From the NCBI GenBank assembly GCA_049325535.1, contig JBMOKY010000001.1, forward strand, positions 877,942 to 941,941: a stretch of 64,000 nt of DNA, read 5' to 3'. This DNA comes from Patescibacteria group bacterium. Its GTDB lineage: Bacteria > Patescibacteriota > Patescibacteriia > UBA10025 > JAHIVO01. A program made the translations under genes and the position numbers. Below, piece by piece: positions 1 through 10,500 of the stretch (position 1 is the stretch's first letter; each line of letters starts with the position of its first letter). The notes under the pieces are model-generated. The model searched no databases, was not told the DNA's origin, and saw nothing but the letters and a program-made list of their open reading frames with translations.

Positions 1-283
1 TGACCCCGTGACTGTCCTGGGAGGTGATATGGCTGCCATTGATGCCGACAAACACATGCTCAACGGGAACGCCAGTCATCCGCTCTACCTGCTCCAGCGC
101 GCTGGAAATGGAAGACACCGCATCTTCGATGCTGGTGATCGTGCCCTTGCTGACACCTTCCGCCGGGGTTTCCACCGCGCCTAATACATGCATTTTGCGG
201 TCTGCAGGGTTCATTTGTCCGACCACGATGCGAATCGCGGTCGATCCGACATCAAGTCCGGTAATAATATCTTCTCGTGCCAT
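1..283 (-). CDS. ftsA: Cell division protein FtsA (5' part; runs off window start)
   Basis: Manual translation from ATG at 283: MAREDIITGLDVGSTAIRIVVG...GVSKGTITSIEDAVSSI...VFVGINGSHI, a typical FtsA N-terminus; not in ORF track. Confidence 0.9.
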   Translation of the reverse strand, partial: MAREDIITGLDVGSTAIRIVVGQMNPADRKMHVLGAVETPAEGVSKGTITSIEDAVSSISSALEQVERMTGVPVEHVFVGINGSHITSQDSHGV

Positions 284-389
284 AGGTGATAGGTATATGT
301 ATAGTCTATAGTATACCGAAAAAAGTCACAATATGCAAAATCCCCAGCTTGAACAAATTTTGTGTTTACTCCCCTGCCGATGAAAACAC

Positions 390-761
390 CTACCAGCGCG
401 CCCAAAAATAGGGGGCGAAAATGAGTATTCCCACGACAACTGCGCCGATTGACGTCACCAGCACCGCTGCCGCCATCACATCCTTTATGACTTCCGCATA
501 ATAGTGGATCCGCGGCCGTAAAATATCCACCATTTTTTCGAATATCGTATTGATCAGCTCCAATACCAGCACCAACATCATCACTAATATCAGGATGATG
601 GCCTGCCACAGTGCTACCTGGACATACACCATCAGAATAATGACCAGGAGGCTGGCGAGTAGATGCAAACGAATATTCTGCTCATTCCGTACTACGTACC
701 AAAATCCGCGAAAAGCAAAGCGGAAACTTTTTACTAACTTACGGATGTCCAGCGTTGGCAT
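390..761 (-). CDS. dgkA: Diacylglycerol/undecaprenol kinase family protein
   Basis: SFRFAFRG...NEQNIRLH...ELINTIFEKMVD...KDVMAAAV motifs; 3 TM segments; next to ybeY. Confidence 0.85.
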   Translation of the reverse strand: MPTLDIRKLVKSFRFAFRGFWYVVRNEQNIRLHLLASLLVIILMVYVQVALWQAIILILVMMLVLVLELINTIFEKMVDILRPRIHYYAEVIKDVMAAAVLVTSIGAVVVGILIFAPYFWARW

Positions 762-764
762 AGA

Positions 765-1202
765 TTACCGATGTTCAAATGATGAAATAATTTTTTGTTC
801 AAGCGATTGCATCCGGCGTTGATCGGCGGGACGATGATGGTCGTACCCAATCAGATGAAGGAATCCATGGGCGAGCAGCCAAACCAGCTCTCGTCGGATG
901 GATACCCCCTGTATGGCCGCCTGACGACGGGCGTAGGGGTAGGCAATAATGATTTCCCCGACATATCCCGGTTCGAGTGATACACCCCGACTATCCCGCT
1001 CAGCAAATGAAAGAACATCGGTCACCGACGGCCGATGGCGGTAGCGGGTGTTCAATTTTTTCATTTCCCGATTATCCACAAAAGCAACCGACACCACGGC
1101 GTGGTCATACCGAGGCAGGTGCTGCCCAATCACCCGAAACAACTTTTGAATAAACGATGTCTGTATGCGAAATGGACTTGCCTGAATGACCTGTACCTGC
1201 AT
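765..1202 (-). CDS. ybeY: rRNA maturation endoribonuclease YbeY
   Basis: LNTRYR..TDVLSF and HGFLHLIGYDH metal-binding motif. Confidence 0.93.
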   Translation of the reverse strand: MQVQVIQASPFRIQTSFIQKLFRVIGQHLPRYDHAVVSVAFVDNREMKKLNTRYRHRPSVTDVLSFAERDSRGVSLEPGYVGEIIIAYPYARRQAAIQGVSIRRELVWLLAHGFLHLIGYDHHRPADQRRMQSLEQKIISSFEHR

Positions 1203-2293
1203 TACAGCCGATTGCTATTAGTATTCGTATTGCCAGTGTTTGTGTTAGTCCTGTTTGTATTGCTATTTGAATTCGTATTGGTTACTGCGTTGACATTGGC
1301 ATTGGTGGCGGTATTCGTATTGGACGAGGGGGTGGTTGCCGTGAGACTCTGGTACATCATGCTAAATGTGGTCAAATAATTTGCATCGCTCAGAATATTT
1401 GCCTTATAGCTCACCACATACACGTATGCCCCGAGGGTAAAATATACTGAGGTTCCATCCAGACTCTTCACCCCTTGGAGGGTATGATTCCAATTACTTA
1501 CGTTTTGCACCGCGGAAATATTCACTCCAGGAGATTTTGACAAATACCAATCCCGTGCCGACAGCAAAGCGGGATTATCCTGCACGCTGATCGATATAAA
1601 TTCCCCACTCGTGGAAAAAAGTTCACCGCGGGTATTCTGGGGATCTGCCGAAACGATCCATGACCGCGGATACAGTATGGTATACCCATTGGCCGTACTC
1701 GTATGGGTCTGAATGCCAGCATTGAGCGCAATTTTTTGTACCGGGGCATTGGGATCATATCCACTCACCACTTCCTGCCCATCCGCAAATCCATCCCCAT
1801 CGGTATCCGCTACGGACAAGCTGGTACCGTACAGCGCCTCCTCAACATTAGTCAAACCATCACTGTCAGAATCCTCACTACTGGTGAGAGTGACGGCATT
1901 CGTATTGGTCGAGGTATTGACATTGAGAAATACGCTGTTGGTACTCGCATTCACATTCAGGGTGGCGTTGGTATTTGTCTGATTTATATTTGTACTCGCA
2001 TTCACATTCAGGGTGGCGTTGGTATTTGTGACGGCGTTGATATTTGAATTTACCGGCTGATCATTGGTCACTACAGTATTGGTAGGGGCTGGTTTGTTTA
2101 ATTGTTTATAGACGACAAATCCACCACCACCGAGCACAGCCACTACTAAAATGAGTATCAATACGAACAAAAGCGGACTTTTCTTGCCGCCGCCGCTTTT
2201 GTCATCCACGTAGAATTTTTCCGGCATCGTATAGATACGCGCGGAACGGACCACGGGGGTTGGTGAAGATACTGGTACATCTGTTTTTACCAT
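1202..2293 (-). CDS. Membrane-anchored protein with Asn/Thr-rich linkers, Ca-binding DxDxDG repeats and a PsbP/Mog1-like domain
   Basis: N-terminal TM; DSDSDGLTNVEE and DTDGDGFADGQE repeats; YTILYPRSW...ISISVQDN segment. Confidence 0.65.
   Translation of the reverse strand: MVKTDVPVSSPTPVVRSARIYTMPEKFYVDDKSGGGKKSPLLFVLILILVVAVLGGGGFVVYKQLNKPAPTNTVVTNDQPVNSNINAVTNTNATLNVNASTNINQTNTNATLNVNASTNSVFLNVNTSTNTNAVTLTSSEDSDSDGLTNVEEALYGTSLSVADTDGDGFADGQEVVSGYDPNAPVQKIALNAGIQTHTSTANGYTILYPRSWIVSADPQNTRGELFSTSGEFISISVQDNPALLSARDWYLSKSPGVNISAVQNVSNWNHTLQGVKSLDGTSVYFTLGAYVYVVSYKANILSDANYLTTFSMMYQSLTATTPSSNTNTATNANVNAVTNTNSNSNTNRTNTNTGNTNTNSNRL
1941..2029. repeat. Intragenic direct repeat, 38 bp x2, 51-bp period
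   Basis: GTACTCGCATTCACATTCAGGGTGGCGTTGGTATTTGT at 1941-1978 and 1992-2029 (encodes TNTNATLNVNAST). Confidence 0.9.
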
Positions 2294-2306
2294 GGGACGA
2301 TATCCA

Positions 2307-2960
2307 TTAACTCTTATTCAATTCCTCGATGGCGGCATTGAGGTCGCGCAATAAACCGTCGCCATTTGGATTATAGCCGTATTTTACCTCAGTACCGTCA
2401 TTATTGCCATCGCCATCAGTATCGGGGTTGCGCGGATTCGTCCCATATATTTCTACCTCATCAAAATCCGGCAATCCATCTCGATCGGTATCCGCCTGTT
2501 GCGAATCAGTGCCAATCCGCTCTTCCTCATCGTCGCTGATACCATCACCATCGGTATCGATTATCGAGACGGTCACTACCGGAATATCAATACCACTGCC
2601 ACTATCAGCCGTAGTCGCCGACTGTCCTGGTTGGACGACCTGGTTCTCATTTGCTGATGGCGCGGGTGTAGCCAACGGATTCACGATACCAAAGGGTCCC
2701 AGTGCTAAGACGACAGCAACGATGGCCACAACCACCAGGGGTAACGTCACCAGCATCATCCGCCGGCGTCCGCTCCAGGTATGAACTGCGGTTGGCTTTG
2801 GTACGGCTGGACTTACCCGCGAACGGCTGGCGGGTACGGTACGTACCGGCCGCCGTTTTTGCCGCGCTGTCGGTTGTGCCGGAGCAGCACCAGGCGCATT
2901 GCTCGAATCAGATTCTGCAAATATATCCTCTACTTGGTTTGATGCGCCTGGTTTTGGCAT
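2307..2960 (-). CDS. Single-pass membrane protein with bacterial thrombospondin type-3-like Ca-binding repeats
   Basis: DTDGDGISDDEE, DTDRDGLPDFDE, DTDGDGNNDGTE after a TM helix. Confidence 0.75.
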   Translation of the reverse strand: MPKPGASNQVEDIFAESDSSNAPGAAPAQPTARQKRRPVRTVPASRSRVSPAVPKPTAVHTWSGRRRMMLVTLPLVVVAIVAVVLALGPFGIVNPLATPAPSANENQVVQPGQSATTADSGSGIDIPVVTVSIIDTDGDGISDDEEERIGTDSQQADTDRDGLPDFDEVEIYGTNPRNPDTDGDGNNDGTEVKYGYNPNGDGLLRDLNAAIEELNKS

Positions 2961-2978
2961 GAATATCCTCAGTGATGC

Positions 2979-4487
2979 CTAGATCTGTGGATTAGTAGGC
3001 TGGGTTGTCGCATTGGTACTGACGCAGTTCGTAGTGCTGGTGGATACGATGATCCCCAATTGCGAGCTCGGGGTAGCATTACCATCAGCGTCATAAGCCA
3101 TAGCGTAAATACTCCGCGGATCGGTATTGGTGGTGGTAGTACAATTTCCATTGGTCGTCGTCGATGTCGCCGCGTGCGCCACAGGTATGAATGTAAACCA
3201 AGGGCGCTCTGATTCCTGAGCAATCATCTGGTAGGGATCATAGGCAAAAGCGATAGCGCCTGCCAAAACCGGCACGGCAATATTGACGCTGGTACCAGAA
3301 GTAGTTACCTGACCGATGGGCCCACCGCCATTACTACTATACACCCGGACCTCGGTAACTGATATGTCATCCTGGGCCGATACGATGGCACTGAAGGTGG
3401 TTGAAGCGGAAAATGTAGTACCTGCCGCAGGACTGGTGATGGCCACGCTAAATGGGGCGGTCGTCGTGCGATTGACGATGACGGGCCGCACTGCCGTAGC
3501 CGACAGGGACACGCCATTGAACGCGCGTATGGTCAAGGTATGACTGCCATTTGACACGCCGGCCAGATCAAAAATCCAGTTATAAAACGTCGAACCGGCT
3601 GGTGAATCAAAATACTGCGTGTCCCGGGGAGCTGTCTCACTGTCCAGGAAAAATTCTACCCGGTCAATTCCTGATTCCGGATCTGTTGCTTCGGCAACCA
3701 CCTGGAACGTAGCGGTATTCAGTTCATCATTGTCATTATTGGGATACACGAAAGCGATGGAGGGTACAGTTGTATCACCGCAATCAGAATCGTTTGCAGA
3801 GGTGCAAGATGACGGGCAATAATCATCATTGTTCAGACACTGAGTGATGACGGTATTGGTACAAATAGCCGGGCATGTGGTCGTGGAGCAGGTGTCACTC
3901 GTACTGGGATCATTGTCATTGCATTCACTATTACTGGTACAGGTATTGGCAGCGCACGACCCGCTGCAGCAGCGTTCGCCTGCGGTCGTACAATCTGTAT
4001 CGACTGCGCAAGCACCGACACCGATGGCCAGCCGGACGACACCCGCAATGGTCACGGTGTTATTCAGCCGGTCGGTCAGCACGACATCGATCGGATATAA
4101 ACCATCAGCTTTATTACCAGCGTTCCAGGTATTTGAAAATACACCGTCGCTGGCCGCGCCATCGCCATGGATACCATCATCATAGAGGGTGACCTGCCCT
4201 GCTGCCTGAGTACTGCCCGGATTCTGAATGGTTACCGTCACGCTGCCGATTCCCGACACATCATAGGCTTCGACGGAGATGCGCACCGTCTCATTTTGCA
4301 CGATCTGTGCTGGATTCAGCGTCACCCCACTTCCGGTCAGCACGGGATTTGGATTTGTGGATACCTCAATGCTCGGCGTGGTTTGACCGTGCAACACTTC
4401 GGGATTGGCCAGCACAAACGCTGCGCCACCCAGCACCACCACCGAAAGGACCAAAATTAGTAATCTAAATTTGTACATATGATTCAT
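2979..4487 (-). CDS. Secreted/anchored Ig-like, Cys-rich surface protein (choice-of-anchor X-like motif)
   Basis: Signal/TM N-terminus; LYDDGIHGDGAASDGVFS motif; Cys-rich CNDNDPSTSDTC region; Big-type repeats (GIDRVEFFLD, HTLTIRAFN). Confidence 0.7.
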   Translation of the reverse strand: MNHMYKFRLLILVLSVVVLGGAAFVLANPEVLHGQTTPSIEVSTNPNPVLTGSGVTLNPAQIVQNETVRISVEAYDVSGIGSVTVTIQNPGSTQAAGQVTLYDDGIHGDGAASDGVFSNTWNAGNKADGLYPIDVVLTDRLNNTVTIAGVVRLAIGVGACAVDTDCTTAGERCCSGSCAANTCTSNSECNDNDPSTSDTCSTTTCPAICTNTVITQCLNNDDYCPSSCTSANDSDCGDTTVPSIAFVYPNNDNDELNTATFQVVAEATDPESGIDRVEFFLDSETAPRDTQYFDSPAGSTFYNWIFDLAGVSNGSHTLTIRAFNGVSLSATAVRPVIVNRTTTAPFSVAITSPAAGTTFSASTTFSAIVSAQDDISVTEVRVYSSNGGGPIGQVTTSGTSVNIAVPVLAGAIAFAYDPYQMIAQESERPWFTFIPVAHAATSTTTNGNCTTTTNTDPRSIYAMAYDADGNATPSSQLGIIVSTSTTNCVSTNATTQPTNPQI

Positions 4488-4552
4488 TCCTTAATAAGGA
4501 TAATATATTAGTTGATAGTTTCATTATAGTCGTATTCAGCGGCTGCGTAAAC

Positions 4553-7500
4553 TTATACCCCGCCACTGCAAGTACAATTGATCCGCGCTTCGCAGGCTGC
4601 TGCCGCACCATCATGGGTCGAGCAGTCATACGGCCGACAGCGGGCAGGCAGCGGAGTTGATTGCCAGACGCACTGATTAGCGGTACAAGTCGTCGAATTG
4701 GTGTACGATGAACAGTTGCCCGGACCATTATAGAAACATACCGGGCAGGTCGATGGATTACTGATAGTTACAGTCAGCGTCTGTGATGTCGTACCGGATG
4801 CATTGGTTGCGGAAATGACGATAGAAAACGTTCCTGTTCCGGTCGGCGTGCCTGACAGCACATTATTGGTCCGCGTCATCCAGGCAGGCATGCCCGTGGC
4901 ATTATACGAAGTCGGTGAATTTGTGGCCGTTATTGTATAGGAAAACGCCGTACCCACTGTGCCCGTGCGCGACAATGTACTGGTGATCACCGGCACCGCC
5001 CCGGGTGCACCACCCCCGCCGCACGCGCCCGTAGAGCCGACGATATTTTCAAATTGGCTGACATACCCGTCATTGCTCTCCGCCTCGATATCGACATAAT
5101 AGCTCCGCTCCGGTCCGCTGGACGGAGATGTCCATGAACCCTGATATGACACTGCTCCGGTGGCAGTCAGCGGCACCCGATCGATTTCCACCTCATCGGG
5201 ATACTGAATCACCGCTTCCACCCGAGCAATGCCGGTGGCACTAACGACGTCGGCCAGAATACAAAATGCCGTACCGGGTAGACCCGTCTCCGGATCGACC
5301 ACGCCATTGCTGATCGACGGTCCTCCGGGACCCCGGACATTGACCCGGATCTCGATACTGGGGCTGCGGTTTCCCACCGCATCGAGGGCATCCACCTGGA
5401 TACGGTGCCATCCATCAGATAATAGATTGGTATCTAATTGCCACTCCCAATATTCCGGAGGTGACGGCTCGCCTACCCAATCAATGCCGCGCTGCAAATA
5501 ATCCACATAGAAATTTACCCTGCTCACGGCGTTATTATCAACTGCGTCAACTCGGATAGTAAGTAATCCATCAACCGAGGTACCCGTAGCCGGCGTCGGG
5601 GGCACAAACGTGACGGTTGGCGGGGTGATGTCATTTTCCAGATTATCGACATTCACGGTCACCACCGATGACGCGGTATTGTTTCCCCAATCATCATACG
5701 CGTACGCCTGCAGCAGATGGTCGCCATTCGGGTAAATCTTGGTATTCCAGTCAAAACTGTACTCATCTGGATTGCCGGTCGGGCCGGCTCCACCGCGATA
5801 CTGCGAATCAATATATACATCCACGCGGGCGATCCCGACATTGTCCGTAGCGCTGATGATAATGGGGGTAGCATCGGCCACTGACGGCGGGCTGGCAGGC
5901 GGAGCGATGATGCTTACAGCCGGATCCACCAAATCGGGATTGCTGACATTAATACGTGCCGTCGCAGCGGCCAACCGAGCGCCATCATCGGCAACGGCGC
6001 GGATGCACACTGTTTCATTTGGTGCGGCTGTCGAATCCCAATTAAACGTATGTGACGCCTGGTTTTGCACGCCGGGAAATGCCATACTGTCATGACCGTA
6101 GTTCGGACTCCCCCCGCCTGTTGAGCAACTCGAGTTCAAAATATCATAATAGATATTAGCGATGTCCACATTATCCGATGCATCAATCTGAATGGATACC
6201 GCGCCGCTAACCGTGGCATTATTCTGCGGAACGATGATCCTGACAAAAGGTGCGGTGGTATCTGCTCCACCGGCGTTATTGATATCGAGCGTATAGGACA
6301 CCTCGGTGCGGTTACCGACGGTATCATAGGCCCTGACGGAAAACGTATGCTGGCCGTCCGGATACGCACCTGTACCGAGACTCCAGCTCCATCCGTCACT
6401 CCCATCGCTGTCGGTCGCCGTGCGGATGCCGTCCATATAGTACTCCACCCGGTCCACCCCACTCGGCACGTCGACCACATCGACGGTCATAGCGCGGGTA
6501 CCGGATATGAGATTGACGCCGGCGACGAGGCTATCGACGGAATTGATGATCGGACCCTGCCGATCAGTGGCTGTACCGGTGATACCGTATTCATAATTCA
6601 GACAGTTTGACGAGGCATTGGGGATGGCGGCATAGGGATCCCCGGCATAATTCACCCAGCTACCCGGACCGAGGTATTCCAGATTGGTAAATAAACTGGC
6701 AGCATCACCCGACGGCGTCACTAAATATTGGTATGAACGTGAACCAGCATAGCAAATATACCGCTTGTTCGTATCATCCCAGCACGTATTGGCATCATAG
6801 TCGCCACTGCAACTATTGAATTTATTTATCGGATCCGTAGGCATCGACCGGTTGAGAGCCGCCCCGAGTGTCTCCTGCCACGAGGGCCAGAGCGACGTGG
6901 ACACATTGGCGACGAAGGTGCCCCCGGCTAAGCGCGGGTATTCCTTCTGAGCTCCTTTGTAATCTATGAGCGATCCGGCGATGTCACTCAGATCAGCCAG
7001 CCGTTTGATGTCCCGCTGGATACGTCCCTTATTTTCACCGGAAATATTGGTATTAAATGACCAGTTCTTCAGCAGGCGATTGTATATCTCTATCGTCTCA
7101 CCTGATGCCTCTTCATTGTATGACATCAGATAAATATTGGCGTAGAGCACTCCCCCGACTAGATTCGTAGCGGCTACATACACCGTGCGGCCGGCGCGGA
7201 CTGCGGGATATCCATCCACCGTCAGTGACTGCGGTTCCGGCGCTGCCGGGCCGAACTGCCGGCGGTACCAGCTAAAGGGTGAAAGTCGGTTTTCATTTTC
7301 CATCACCCGGATGCCAATAGCATCATCGGTCCCGTCGCGCAGGAAGAAAAATTCCCGGATCAGCTCGTCCTCGCCCGGCACTGACGGCGCGCCGTCCTTG
7401 ATGACGATATCAGCTACGGACTTCAGCGCCGGCAATCCATCTTCACGACAGTACCACGTGGAAAAATTGGTGACGGCATCTACATAGGGGTGCGGATCAA

Positions 7501-10500
7501 TGCTCGGATCGGGCCATGGTGCCGTACAGAGAGTACCCAAGACTGGGACACTCTTCGTAAAAGTGCCCAGATCCCCAAACGTGGTACTCGTCCCATCCGC
7601 GGTAATATTGAAATACCCGGTTCCGTCATGGTTATCTGAAGTCAAGAAACAGTCCAATAAATCATCCGCTGGCGAAGGGCAGCCAGGGGTCGGTACTGGC
7701 GTGGTATGAGTCGGAGTAAAAACCTCCGCCGGATCTGTTTCCGTCCAGGTAATCTGTATCGGGCTCGTTCCGCCATTGAGAATATTGTCAAATTGATCAA
7801 GTGGGTAAGCAAAAAGATACAGGTTCGCGCCGGGCAGACCGAAATCACCGGGGAAGCAGCCAGCAAATGAGCAGATAAAAGTAGGCTTCAGTGGCGGATA
7901 CTCATTGATTCCCGGACGATAATCGATGAAATTAACCTCAATATCATCTATCCGGCATACGTCAGCGGCCGGAGCAATAGTCCAGGCGTGCGATGCCCAT
8001 CCGGGCGCCGCGGTCATGGCCACGCCATTATCGCTCTGAATAAGTTCCGTGCGCAACCGCACCTCATAGCTATGGCCATTGGCCAGCATCTCGGTCGAAT
8101 ACACGGTAATGCTGCTCACCTGCTTCCGCACCCGTGCCGGGACAGTCACGTTTGCTGTCGTATCGACTAAAAATACCGATTCATCCGCTCCCGGAGCTGT
8201 GACATCACTGCCGATGACAAAACTGCTGCCAAGCATCTGCTCGGAAAAATTCACGGTAAAGGCGGCATTGCGGCACTGGAGCGGTGATGTAGCGGGCAAC
8301 CACCCGGAGATAGCAGGACGGGCAGTACAGCAGGTGTCGGTACCGCATCCGGTACCGCCGGTGCACTGCGCATCGGCAGTGCAGCCGCAGTACATACCGC
8401 GGGTCGTGCCACTACAGGCACGGATATTCGTGGAACACGTCAATCCAGTACTGGATACCTGCCCCGGATAGCAGCAAGTACGGCAATCCTCCTCGCCTGC
8501 CGGCGGATAGCCGGCACCCAAGGGGACATTCGGATCACGATGGCCAGCCGGATCGATGCAACGATAGTCGCCGCCACTGCTGAGCGGGCCGACGGCGCAG
8601 GTGCCATTATTTGTGGCGTTGGCCGGCAGTTGGCATAGGGTGCCGACCGCTCCCGTACTGCAGTTACCGGCAGCCACGCAGATATTGCCCTGGCAGCATC
8701 CGGTAGAGCACTGGCTGTTGCGCGAGCAGCTGATACTAAATGTCTGGGAATTGGACGGACAATTATTGACCTGAACGCTCACCCCGCCGGTGACCGCACC
8801 ATCAGGTACCTGACTGCGGCTGATGCTCGTATTGGTCCAGGCTTGCGACCGGTCAGTCACCACCTCATCCCAGGTATCATCTCGCCCAGCATGGTAATAC
8901 ACCCGCGTGGTGGCTGGATTGAGCGTAGCCGGAGAAAAATTCTGCCCAGTGATGAGGACCGTGGTCCCTTCGCGCCCGGATGCCGGATCAAGCGGAGGGC
9001 AGATGCCCGGCGCCACGCCGCTCGGCGGCGGTACGCCTCCAGAACAGTTGCCGCTGGCACAGTCGGCGTTATCCTCACAGGCTTGATTGGCATTGGCACC
9101 GCCGACGCAGATGCCCGAACACATATTTGATACGTCGAAATAATACGTGTTGATATCCGTCTGATTGGCGCCGTAGGTAGAATTATCCGAGGTAGTAAAC
9201 CGTGTACACACCCCACCACCAGTACAGCTAGCGCTGTCCGTACAGATTGTACCGTCATTGGTCCCCCCGAGGCACCTTCCGTCTGGGCGGTGCACGTCTA
9301 TCAAATACCGGTTTGGCGCGGGATTGCCCGGTTCGCTCACCGTAATCGAATGATCACTCCACGCATTCACACACTCATACACGCCGGCATTACCACCGAA
9401 GTAGACCGTTCCTAAGGTATTGCCAAAATAGCACCCTTCAATGGTGACAAACGAACCACCGATGCCAGTCTGGGGTGAAATCATCTGGCCGTCTTCATTG
9501 TAATCAGCGATGACGGGAACGCAGCGGTCAGCATAGATGTCACACCGGCTGCCCGTACACTCATTCACCCCGTCCTGATCCGGATCAGCACACCGCGTCG
9601 GATTAAACGCGCATGAAGCAGGATCTACTTTCAATCTGCCACGGCCCGACTCACCTTCTGCTGACGCATTGATATACGTCGTACCCAGCGCATTACCCGT
9701 GGCAGTTTCATTTGGTGTCGTGCTGCCCGTGACTGATGCGATGATGGCACTGTCCGACGTCCACGACCACGTATAATCACTGGAGTCCAGCAGCGCGCAA
9801 TTTGGACCAATTGCGAGCGCGGAATACGCTTCGGTGTCACCAATATTGTAAATCACCGCATTGCCCGGCATGACCATCACGTCCTCCACCGGACAGGGTC
9901 CGGTATCCGCCTTGGTCTTCACCATCCAGACATAATCAGCATTCATACGCGCACCCGCCGCACTTTCTACCTGGCGACGGATAGTCACCCGATAGTACGT
10001 ATCCGGCTCGAGATCAATCGGCACGCCCGCAGCCACCCGCCGGGTAACAAACCAGTCCACCGGCGCGCCAGTCCACATATTATGTGGTTCGGCAACCGGG
10101 GCGGCACAGGTCGGATCAGATCCACAGCTATCGAGAAGAATATTCAGGGTACTGATGGTGGCGGGATTCATCAACATATTAAAGCGCGCACCAAACGCGG
10201 CATTGACACAGACGTCAGTGGCGCCTTTATACGGATTTGGTGAAGCCATGCTGATTTGACAAACGCCACCCAAGCCGCACTGGTCATCGTTATTACATAA
10301 ACTACCGGGAGTAGGACCCCCGACGCAGGTCGCGGCGCAACTGGGATTTTCCACTACGCGGGGAATATCACCGCACGGCACGGAAAATCCTTTTTCATTG
10401 CTGCCGACACCACCGGCGTCTTGCACATTGACGGTATAGCTGCCATTGGCGAGATTCGGCACACGCGCCGTGACTAATCCCTCGGTCCACGGTGGCAAAA

